From NCBI GenBank assembly GCA_030390025.1, contig CM059432.1, forward strand, positions 18,540,001 to 18,604,000: a DNA stretch of 64,000 nucleotides. Direction: 5' to 3'. Under the pieces are notes generated by a model that was given only the letters and a program-made list of their open reading frames with translations, had not been told where the DNA came from and did no database searches. The stretch comes from Squalus acanthias. Lineage: Eukaryota. Below are positions 23,056-33,884 of the stretch, in pieces; position 1 is the first letter of the stretch; the number at the start of each line of letters is the position of its first letter. The translations under genes and the position numbers were made by a program.

Positions 23056-23896
23056 GGGGGAAAAATTGGGTATCGCCCATTTTGGGGCGCTAATATTGGC
23101 CGGGCGCAAAGTTTAGCGCCCGACGCTAATTATTGCCTCCGACTGCAAAATTTGCCTCTAGCGCCCTTGGAGGTGATTTGAGCGCTAAATCAGGCGCTAC
23201 ACACCTCTCTTAAGGCGCTAATGTCAGGGAGCGAGGTGCTACCTCAGAACGCTACCAAAGCTCAGGCGATGACAGTTACCATGGAAGCCAGACAGACTGG
23301 CGCCGTCCAGTTCTTAAAGGGGAGGGGCCATCTTGCTGGCCAGCCACACCCTGATCATTGCAGCCTTGAATCTCGGCCTGGAGAGACCTCTAAAGTAATT
23401 GTGTTGGAAGCACTAATGGATAGGTCCAGGGAAAGAGCTCGGCGCTTAGGAACCTCAAAAGTGGTGCTGAGGGCCAAAACTCCTCAGGACAGCATTAAAT
23501 CTCTCCAGACGTCTCTCTCCCTCTCAACCTGCGTGTAGCAAAAGTTTTGCCGACAAGAAAAGGCAGGAAGCGCCTGCCTTTAAATAGCGCTCCCCCAGCC
23601 CCTTCCCGACTTGAAAACGTTCCCCTCTAACTGTCGTTCCTAGCGGCAGGCGCTAAGGCAGGGGGCGCGACTCAATATCCGGTCCGGGGCGCTACCGGGG
23701 CGTTGCATGCTCGACTGACGTCGCAATCTGCGGGCACAGGAGATCGTAGCGGTAGTGTTTAGCGCCGCCGCAAAACGACTGGTCAATTTCGCAAGCGCCG
23801 TTAAAATCGCCGGGCTCAGGCGCTACGTTCCTAGCGCCCCGTTAGCGCCCCCCAGAGGCACTAATGGGAGGCGCTAACCAACCGAATTTTTCCCCC
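23056..23896. mobile_element. Harbinger MITE, family H1 variant
   Basis: TIRs GGGGGAAAAATT / AATTTTTCCCCC; body homologous to 2549-3428; TSD imperfect. Confidence 0.8.
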
Positions 23897-24962
23897 AAAT
23901 GTGTTTTAATGTCAGTAAAACCAATTAGTTAGAAAAGTTTTCAGGCTTGGTTGGTCCTTACCTCTCAGTACCCTAAAGCAGTAAAGAGAGAGATAAAAAA
24001 GACTTACAATTGTTAATGGTCTAGATCAGTGGATCTGCACTGGGTCCAACTGAGACTCAAATAGAAAAGATCAAGGGGAACCGTGTCAGAAATGGTGAAA
24101 TAAGAAACTTCCGCTGTGGAACCTCAGAGTATGTAGGTAACATCGATGTACACACCATCTGTTACTGTGGGCTTTAATCCTCGAGTAAGCCCACAAGGCA
24201 AAACCTCCGGCAATTTCTGCTTCAGTCAACAGTGCACATTTTTATTAAGACGTCTTCTGCTTGCCAGAAATACTTACATCTAAATGAGGACCTAGGAGAT
24301 TTGCCAGAGCTCTTTTCTCTAATGATTTCAGAAGTGAATATCAGATGCAGATGCCGACAGAGACAAAGGGTTATATTTTCCTCTGTTTGATAATTTCAAT
24401 GAAAAAACAGGTATGAGCTGCAATGTCAATACAGCTCACTAACAGACTATTTGCCCATGTTCGGCAGTCCTCTGAGGATTCCCATCCTTCCACTCTTCAG
24501 TAAAAAGTGAGTGGAAAAGCCAATTTTTACTCAATAAGCCTTTGTTCAATCACGATTGATGAACTCGTGCAGAATTCCATACTGCTACAGTGCAATCAGA
24601 AAGCATTTTACTTACATATGAACATACGAACATACGAATTAGGAGCAGGAGTAGGCCACTCGGCCCCTCGAGCCTGCTCCACCATTCAATAAGATCATGG
24701 CTGATCTGATTACTCCACATTCCCGCCTACCCCCGATAACCTTTCACCCCCTTGCTTATCAAGAATCTATCTACCTCTGCCGTAAAAATATTCAAAGACT
24801 CTGCTTCTACTGGCTTTGAAGAAGAGAGTTTCAAAGACTCACGACTCTCTGTGAGAAAACATTTCTCCTCATCTCTGTCTTAAATGGGCGACCCCTTATT
24901 TTTAAACAGTGACCCCTAGTTCTAGATTCTCCCACAAGAGGAAACATCCTCTCCACATCCAC

Positions 24963-25105
24963 GATAGCAAAATACTGCGGATGCTGGAAATCCGAAATAA
25001 CAACAGAAAACGCTGGAAAAACTCAGCAGGCCAGGCAGCATCCGTGGAGAGAGAAACAGAGTTAACGTTTCAGGTCGAAGACCTTTCGTCAGAACTGGAA
25101 AAAAG
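24963..25105 (-). mobile_element. Short Penelope family B 3' end
   Basis: TSD CATCCAC at 24956-24962 and 25106-25112. Related sequence at about 30398, 50797, 55211 and 62900. Confidence 0.75.
25060..25096 (-). ncRNA. Minimal type I hammerhead ribozyme motif (family B)
   Basis: AGUU-CUGACGA-A-AGGUC(UUC)GACCU-GAA-ACGU-U-AACU, with stem I AGUU/AACU. Confidence 0.75.
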
Positions 25106-25244
25106 CATCCACCTTGTCAAGACCCCTCAGGATCTTATATGTTTCAATCAAGTCACCTCTTACTCTTCTAAGCTCCAGCGGATACAGGCCTAGCCTGTCC
25201 AACCTTTCCTCATAAGACAACCCGCCCATTCCAGGTATTAGTCT

Positions 25245-25362
25245 TGATGCGGAGATGCCGGTGTTGGACTGGGGTGGACAAAAATGAGAAGTCGCACAAC
25301 ACCAGGTTATAGTCCAACAGTTTTATTTGAAATTACGAGCTTTTGGAGCTCTGCTCCTTCAT
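25245..25362 (-). mobile_element. Short Penelope family A pLTR insertion
   Basis: Matches the pLTR 3' part; TSD CAGGTATTAGTCT at 25232-25244 and 25363-25375. Hammerhead G12 is mutated to A. Confidence 0.85.
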
Positions 25363-27369
25363 CAGGTATTAGTCTAGTAAACCTTCTCTGAACTGCTTCC
25401 AACGCATTTACATCCTTTAGGTCAGACCCGGTGTAGTGAAGTTAATGAATCAGATTTCAAAATATTAACGTAGCAGTGACACAAATGAATAGTACAATAA
25501 AATGTCGTCCGAGTGAATGGATGCAAAAGCCATGTGTGGGTGTATCACAGCGGAGCAGAAGTAATTGGACAAGAGGGCGGGTCAGGAAGGCCACAGACGT
25601 AGGAGGCGCATAACTTGCTGCAAGTACCACCCCAGCTAATGGGGGCATCCTCAGAGATCAGTAGGAAGGGTCAGCCTTCCCCACTGCACGAGTGGCAGTG
25701 GAATTTAATTTCAAAGACACATGAGCCTTCCAGGCATCCAGAAGGGGTGATTCAGGAGTTAGCTACTTATCTTTTGGACAATCAGCACTTTCTTCACTGT
25801 GCAAAGAAAGATTCGCGGACTGCAAAATACAGTAAAGCAAATTAATTTTGTTTCAATTGTAATGATCTGTGGGCTTAATGTGTTTTGCTCATGTGTTTGC
25901 CATTTGTATGTCAGGAGCTTCTCTGTGTCAGGATATTCCCTGGTGATAAGTGCTCCCCTAATCGAAGGAGTACCAGCGAGAACAGCTGCAAAGCCAACTG
26001 GTGAGGTGCAGGGGTTACAGAAGAATCTGTACCTGCATCTGTGGCTAACTCTGATGTACTTGCATCAGTGCCAAGGGTCTCCTTTGCTGAAGTAGCTGTG
26101 GCCTCAGAGGCAGTGCCTACTTGTGCAGGGCTAAGAGACGGCATAGAGCTGCCACAGAGCTGAGTGCCAGTGCTCCGGTACAGGGCGTCTCCGATGTGTC
26201 TGAGCATAAAAAGATTCCTCACGCTTATCAAGCAAGTTGAAGGTGGCCATCACTGCATGTTGGAGTTTGAGCTCCAAAGACTCTATTGCAGCAGTGGAAG
26301 CCTTCATGGAAGGTATTCATTTTGGGTCGATGACTTACACAATGAGGCCTGCACTGCAGGTGCCTCTGGTGTTGCCACAAACTCAATGCAGTGCAAATGA
26401 CTCCTGCTCAATTGTATTAACCATGTGGAAGATGACATATCTGCATATCTGCACCCCCCCCCTCCCCCGCAACCCCCCATCCTTCCAGGCCGCCTTTCAG
26501 TGTAATATGCACGGAGACTAGTGACTTCTCAATATTGTCCTGCTCTTGTAAGAGACTCATTGCAATGCAAGACCACTAAGGGGTTTATTTTTGAGTTTTA
26601 TGCAAATATTTTCATTGTGTTCAGTGCTAAAGACAACTTCCATAAGTGAGTCCTCGTTCCCTACAAGCCCAAGCATGACCTTATACATGCAATATCTGGC
26701 ACTGCAGAGTGCCCAGAGGTCACACATAAAATCCCTTTACTGTAGTGGATATGTCGTAAACCCACTTATGACCTCTGAGACTTTAGAGAGCGGTAGAAAA
26801 AACACTCTATCAAACTGAGGCTTAGGTTATCAACTATGGAACATGTTTATTAAAAGCTGATAAACAGTAGCGAAGTCAAAACAACAATTTGCTCTATGTA
26901 CTTCCCCTGAAATGCAGAAAATGCTAAACAGATGTAACTCTTCCCTAATATTCTTATTAAGAATAATATTAAGTGGGGTGCTTTGCATATTCCCCATAAA
27001 TTGCTAACCTTGCCCTTGAAGGCCTTAATAGAACTGAGGTTCTGGGAACATGTTCCCTGAGATCTATCCTTGGTAATCTTTGAAGTTTGATTGGGCACAA
27101 AGGAGATCAAAAATGTATCTGTTAAAATCAAATAAAGCTAGAAATGAAACATATACTTAAAGAGGCAGAAGATGCCTGTAGTTTCTATCTAGATAAGCAT
27201 TAGAACCAAATCCACTTATGAACTGACTGCAAATTTCTTTAGTCTTAATTGACCACCTAGGAACAAAGCAAACAGCTATCAGATGATATCAATCCCAAAA
27301 ATTTGACCATTGAAATACATTCATATTAAAGCCCCACCTTGCCTCATAGCAACAACCTGCAGACACATG

Positions 27370-28173
27370 AGGTTGAATTTTCATGGGGAAGGATGGTTGG
27401 GAGCGGGGGAGCTCTGATGCGGGTGGGAAACCCGGGAGAACAGGTTTCCCGTAGGCCCTCCTTACTTTAATGGCGGGGCCTGATTTGCATCTGAAGCCTT
27501 TGTTTCCTGCCCGCAGCCGGACAGATGGAGAGGCTGGCTCGTTGCAGGCAGATAGGCCTTCGGCACTAGGCCGCACAGAGGGATCGGGCAGGGACCAGGG
27601 TGGGGGCAGGGAGATGAGGATGATTGCGGCCGTCGAGGGACCAGAGGGGGGGTGTGGGTGGGGGGGAAGAGGGGAGAACGATTGTGGCCAGCCTCCAGAG
27701 GATCGGCCGGCCATCATCGGCAGGGGGAGCAGGATCAGATCGGGGCCAGCCACCAGAGGATCATGGGCGGCCTCAGGATGGTCAATGGGGGGTGATCGGA
27801 GGCCTCGTGAGGGGTTCTCCGATTGCAGGGCGGTGTGTTAAGCAGGGACCCTGGATCCAGGAGGTAAGTGTAAAGGCACTTAGCTCCTGGATGGAGCTCT
27901 CCCCACTTTGCTGTAGCTGCCGGTTTTTAAGAACTGTTTAAAAACAAAATGGCAGTTAAAGAAGCGGCTACCAGCCTCACTGTAATATTTAAATTGACGT
28001 CCCGCCTCCTGGCAGTGGGTTGGCTGCCCGCCTCCGACTCGTCCCCGTCCCGCCTCCGTTAAAACCGGAAGTGGGCGGGTTGGGGGCGGGTTCAGGTCGG
28101 GATTCCAATTTTTAAGATATTTGCTACCCCCACTCTCCAAACCCATCTGTTTTTTCAGGTGAAAATTCCCGCC
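27370..28173. mobile_element. Harbinger-type MITE, family H3
   Basis: Ends AGGTTGAATTTTCA / TGAAAATTCCCGCC, ATG TSD, GC-rich body. Confidence 0.65.
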
Positions 28174-28265
28174 ATGAGCTGTGGAATGCAAGAAAGTGGA
28201 TTTTACCCCAATTCAAACACATTAATAAACTGTCAGTTTCCTAAACATAAATATTAAAATATACA

Positions 28266-28885
28266 GGGGAAAAATTGAGTTGCGCCCCCGTTGCCGAAAT
28301 TAATCGGTAGTGCCCCAAGAGGGAAGCGGGGCGCTACTGGAAACGCCGCGCCTCCCTCTTGGGGCGCTACGAGGGACTATCGCGGCACTACATGCTGTGG
28401 TACTGCAGACCTTCCTCCCCTTCTTAAAAGGGGAGGGGCCTAGCACAGCGTGACCCGGGGCCCAGCTGGGCCACCGGGGATCGGAGTGCCGGCAAAAGTG
28501 TCCGGCACTCAAGAGAAGTGCCGGGCTCACGGAGCGCAGCCGGCACTCTGCGGGGGTGCTGAAGAGGAGGCCGGGGACGGCAATGGGGGCAGGTGCTGGC
28601 AGTCACCTCGCCTTTAATTAGCGCTGCCCTGGCCGCAGGTAGGCCCCCCTGACCCCATTGGACATAGCGTCCGGCGGTAAGTCAGGGGGCGCTACCGAAG
28701 ATCGTGGCCGGGGCGCGAGCGGGGCGCTGCGCTGTGCATGGCGATGATGTCATTGCCGGTGGCGCAGCTGAATTTCGCTGGAGGCGTTGACGGCGGCGCC
28801 GCGCCCGGGCGCTAGTTGCTTTGCGCCCTGTTTGCGCCCTCTTAGGGCGCTAACGGGAGACGCAAAGCAACCATATTTTTAGGCC
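28266..28885. mobile_element. Harbinger-type MITE related to H1
   Basis: GCGCC-rich subterminal motifs shared with H1; ends GGGGAAAAATT / ATTTTTAGGCC. Confidence 0.6.
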
Positions 28886-29636
28886 ATAGACTTTTTTTTA
28901 TAATGAATTACAACCAAAGTATTTATTTATCAAAACCCCCATATGATTCAGGAGAGCAGTCAGAAAGTTGCACTTCATCTCATACCAGTTGGTCCCCCCT
29001 CATCCATCACCACTACTAACCCCTTTTCACAATGTGCCTATTTATCACTGGCTACTTCTGAAGGTATCTGCTCTGATGCCTACTACAAGCAGGAGTGGTG
29101 ACTGTTAGTGCTGTGGTGAGTGGTGTCCTTCCGATTCAGCGAGAGTGAGACTAGGCTCTGTGAGGAGAGCAGATGGTATAATACAAGTAAGTGAGTACAA
29201 TTATCCATTTGGGTATTACATTATCATTCCTTGAAGTATATAACAGAAAAAAGCGAGAGAAAGAACATGTGATGAATTGGTAAGTACAAATCAATAGCCT
29301 GGATCAATTAGAGAGGGGGGATTTAATGGTAGAGGATTTAGAAAAAAAAGAAGCCATCAATCTCTAAGCTTAAAGTAAAATTCCAAACAATGTTATGGTC
29401 TGTTAAATATCATACTTTGGAAGACAGAAGAGTTGTCTTGAGGATTGATTAGTGTGACATGTTGATAGATTAGCCTATTGCAATTAGGTCTCTGGGAATA
29501 ACATAGCTTTCTTCTTGTGAAGGAAGATACTTAGTGATTTTATCAAATCTTTTCCTAATTGTATTTTTAATTAATCAATAATGGACACCGTAACGTATTA
29601 CTTTTTTCTCCTTTTGTTGTGCCTTTGCTTTGTGTT

Positions 29637-30092
29637 AGCTGTGGCTCAGTGGGTAGCACACTCACCTCTGAGTCAGAAGGTTGTGGGTTCAAGTCTCACT
29701 CCAGGGACTTGAGCACATAAAGCTAGGCTGACACTCCAGTGCAGTGCTGAGGGAGTGCTGCACTGTCAGAGGTGCCGTCTTTCAGATGAGACATTAAACC
29801 AAGGCCCCGTCTGCTCTCTCAGGTGGATGTGAAAGATCCTGTGGCACTATTTCGAAGAAGAGCAGGGGAGTTATCCCTGGTGTCCTGGTCAATATTTATC
29901 CCTCAACCAACATAACAAAAACAGATTATCTGGTCATTATCACATTGTGGGAGCTTGCTGTGTGCAAATTGGCTGCTGCATTTCCCACATTGCAACAGTA
30001 ACTCCACTTCAAAATAGTACTTCATTGGCTGTAAAGCACTTTGAGACGTCCGATGGTCGTGAAAGGCGCTTTATAAATGTAAGTCTTTCTTT
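29637..30092 (+). mobile_element. DeuSINE (SacSINE1-like)
   Basis: Full-length copy homologous to 21447-21905. Confidence 0.85.
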
Positions 30093-30149
30093 GCTTGATT
30101 TTTGGTACTGTATCCCTGTACACATTGAGATAAATGTGGAATTCCCACC

Positions 30150-30342
30150 CTAACCCTCTCTACCTCTTTCCTCCTTTAACATGATCCTTAAAATCTACCT
30201 CATTGTCCAAGCCTTTTGGTCACCTGTCCTAATATCTCCTTATGTGGCTCGGTGTCAAATTTTGTTTGATAACGCTCCTCTGAAACACCTTGGGACATTT
30301 TGCTACGTTAAAGGTGCTGTATAAATGTAGTTTGTTGTTGTC
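30150..30342 (+). mobile_element. L2 LINE 3' end
   Basis: CTTAAAATCTACCTC...AAAGGTGCTGTATAAATGTAGTTTGTTGTTG tail. Confidence 0.65.
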
Positions 30343-30544
30343 GTAAATTTAAAGGGTTAGCACTCCTGGTGCAGAACTTCGCACAACAGGAATGTACGAT
30401 AGCAAAATACTGCGGATGCTGGAAATCTGAAATAACAACAGAAAACGCTGGAAAAACTCAGCAGGCCAGGCAGCATAAACTCGACTTTAATGGATGGAAA
30501 AGTTGAAAGTTGTACGGGCTGCAAATCAGGCATGGATGAAAACT

Positions 30545-30900
30545 CATAGAATCATAGAATCATAGAAAGCTACAGCACGGGAGGAGGCCATTTCGGCCCA
30601 TCGTGTCCGCGCCGGCCAACAAAGAGCTATCCAGCCTAATCCCACTTCCCAGCTCTTGGTCCGTAGCCCTGCAGGTTAGAGCATCCCAAGTGCACATCCA
30701 AGTACTTTTTAAATGTGGTTAGGGTTCCTGCCTCTACCACCCTTTCAGGCAGTGAGTTCCAGACCCCCACAACCCTCTGGGTGAAGAAATTTACCCTCAA
30801 ATCCCCTCTAAACCTTCCACCAATTACTTTAAATCTGTGCCCCCTGGTTTTGACCCCTCTGCTAAGGGAAATAGGTCCTTTCTATCAACTTTATCTATCA
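30545..30900 (-). mobile_element. CR1 LINE 3' fragment
   Basis: (CATAGAAT)n tail and CR1 C-terminal coding remnant. Confidence 0.8.
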
Positions 30901-31139
30901 TGTGGGGCTACAATTCCCGATACTTGCTCGCAGCGGTGTGCTGTTGGAAAATTTATCCCTAAATTATTTTCAGCTAGGACGGTATATATTTTTGAGTTTT
31001 TTTTACTCCTTTTTTTTTAACTCTGCATTTTTTGGGCTTCCATGTTTCAGACTACTCTTGTAAGTAAGCTGTAGCTGCCTATGTTCCAAGAATATTCCCA
31101 TTAAACTGCTCTCCCATGTTAGTTGTTATTGTTAACGGT

Positions 31140-31375
31140 TCTCTCTCCTCAGGTACTGTTCCTCCTCTCCTTCAAATCTGCCGTCATCACCCCTCGCCTC
31201 AAAAAACCAACCCTTGACCCCTCCGTCCTTGCAAACCACCACATCATCTCCAACCTCCCTTTCTTCTCCAAAGTCCTCGAATGTGTTGTCGCCTCCCAAA
31301 TCTGTGCCCATCTTTCCCGAACTCCATGTTTGAATCCCTCCAATTAGGTTTCCGCCCCTGCCACAGTCCCGAAAG
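31140..31375 (+). mobile_element. L2 LINE RT fragment
   Basis: FKSAVITPRLKKPTLDPSVLANHHIISNLPFFSKVLE...QLGFRPCHSPE. Confidence 0.8.
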
Positions 31376-33583
31376 CTGCTCTGAACAAAGGGCAAATCCT
31401 AACCCTGCGCCAGCGAATGTCCATTTCCTGTGGATGGATACGATCTGTCCAGCTGAAACTTGACAGATGACATGTTCTGGGTTTAGGCGCAGGCACGTCG
31501 CATGCGGAAACCCGGAACTTGCGGGGCACTTATGACTGCGTATGCGTATGTGGTCATAGGCCCCGGAAAATCCGGGCCATTATTTCTTTCTTTCTTTGGA
31601 AAATGGGGTGGAACTCGGTTCAGCTGAGATTTTACCCCATTTCTTACGTCCTGCTATTTTGCAGTAGGGGGTATGGGCGCACATGTCCTCCTTGTCTGGG
31701 TCTGGGGGGCTTTCCTTGGCCATCACGTAAATTCTGCCATTCCGCCCTTATAAGACCTCCGAATAACTTTAATTACCTGAGAGCTAACGTGAGTCCTGCT
31801 GAAGTTCTGGGAAAGGCACCAAACCCTCATTCCCCAAGAGAACCGATTACCTTTAATTTAAAAAGTGCCACCCGGCACTTCCTGGGCCTCCTCTTCTTTG
31901 TCAGAGTGACATGGTGCCAGTCCAACATTTCAGCCGGTAGTTTGGCATGGGCACGACTGAAGTACAATGTACTTACTGGTACAATGCGTCTTCCCCACTC
32001 ATTGAAGTAACCCCATGCCTGTAAATTGGGAATGGGGTCTGGGCTGGTCCTGCTCTGCTGGAGTTAGGGCCCGCTCCACTACTCCAGCGCTGGAGTAATT
32101 TCAGGATCTGGGTTACTATACTGGCCCCAGGTTCGAATTTAGCCCAGGCTTATTCTTGTCTGTTAGCTGTAAGGGTTCTACACAAAGTTTAGGTAGTTAT
32201 AAACTACTTCTCATGGAATGTAGGGTTGAAAGCCTTGAAACATCTGCCAGCAAAAGTGCTTTCCACTCGCCCAGAGCTGCATTGTAATTGCCTGACTTGG
32301 CTGCTTCCCACCAGTGCGTGCTGTCGCGCAGAATGTGCATTACAAATATTTGGTATGCAAATCTGTCCATTAAGTGGCTTTAATTAGGCAGCCAGTAATA
32401 TTTCTGAAGTAATGCGTCCCTTCTGTGCGGCACTAATTTCATCCATTTGAATTGGGCATTTGAGAGCATCTTGGTTCTCTGGTTTTAGGGATTAGCTTAT
32501 TGCTGATTTGTGAAGTGCCGCTGATATATAGCTCAGGAATTGCAATCTCATCTCAGATAAGGAGAGGTGCAATAACACTTGCCATCCACAAATGAGTTTC
32601 ACTTTTCTGCTTCCACGTCTTTAAATGAACCATTTGTTGCAATTACAATCTCACCTCATCCTCAAATTTAGATCGAAACTGTGATAATTGAGCTGACTAG
32701 GATCAAAGCTGTAGCTTTAGGCAGCCATTGAAAGTTTAATGCCAAACTTTCTCAAATGTTTACATTTTTAACACAATGGCATTTATTTTGGCCAGCAGTG
32801 CTAGGAATGTTCAGATGCCTTTCCAGTTCTTTCATGTAATTTTTTTTTACATAAAATCAAGAAAGATAACCAACTCAAGTTAGCAAAGTTATTTAATGCT
32901 CATCTCAATTTCATATTTCCCAAAGTCCACAGAGTCATTGCCTGCAGCCATGTTGCTATTTGTGCCCGTCAGCCCCATGCCGTTCCCTGTAAGACCACAG
33001 GAGTATTTATTTTAGACTCAATGAGGACATGTTAGGCAGAATTGTCCCCTGCAGTTATACTGCTTTTCCAGCAGTGCTGTTGTAGAAAGTATGTACAGAC
33101 CTTTAATTTTAATATTTCTTGAAATGCTTTGCCAGGCAAAAAGGTTTTTCAAAGTGAAATAAAATTGGTGAATGTAACAAGCAGTCTTTCACTGATAAGG
33201 CAGGAAACATGGTTGTGACTGCAGGGGGTAGTGATAGACAACAGAGATAAACAAACCCCCTTAGTATTGGAGACATGGTGTCTCTGGTGACCTTCCTGAG
33301 GTGAGAAGGCAGACCTTTGAAGTTTTGAAATGCAGAATACGACGTAACTCATGAACCTAATCAAGTGGTTTTCTGCCACCTTTGTAAACTTTAGGAGTGA
33401 ATGAACAATTTTGGGCTGTGTTAAGGATAGCCACATAGGATGAGTTAATATAAAAGTTTGACAGACCAAACAGCTCAGACCAACATTAAAGGCCATGATG
33501 CGGAGATGCCGGTGTTGGACTGGGGTGGACAAAAATGAGAAGTCGCACAACACCAGGTTATAGTCCAACAGTTTTATTTGAAA

Positions 33584-33620
33584 TCACGAGCTTTCGGAGC
33601 GCTGCTCCTTCATCAGGTAA
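33584..33620 (-). ncRNA. Minimal type I hammerhead ribozyme motif in the 3' pLTR
   Basis: UUAC-CUGAUGA-A-GGAGC(AGC)GCUCC-GAA-AGCU-C-GUGA; predicted cleavage between 33588 and 33587. Confidence 0.78.
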
Positions 33621-33884
33621 AGTGAGGGAATGCAAATCAGCAAAGCAGATATAGACAGAGAACAATGTGTTTCTGACTGCCCTCCATTACACCTCGGCAG
33701 AGATACAATCAGTCAGGAAGGCATTACATCAAAGACACAGCAAAATACAGCTAAGACAATGAGGTGGGGTCACAGGGGGTCCAACGTGTCAAATGCTGCA
33801 GTCTGCAGTTAAGCTTTTTACTTTTTTTTAAAACTGGAAATCACATCTGTGAACAAGACAACGATGACTTGAGTCTGGATGACT

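Larger units (their letters stand above)
24620..25418 (-). mobile_element. CR1 3' fragment carrying two Penelope insertions
   Basis: (GAACATAC)n tail and CR1 C-terminal sequence resuming across insertions at 24963-25105 and 25245-25362. Confidence 0.8.

Noticed and set aside
25333..25368. Active hammerhead ribozyme
   Set aside because: Catalytic G12 is changed to A; the left hairpin arm at 1315-1349 is likewise mutated.
25799..26521. Cluster of short ORFs
   Set aside because: Low-complexity S/T/A-rich frames, possibly an old Harbinger relic, but no diagnostic motif or ends.
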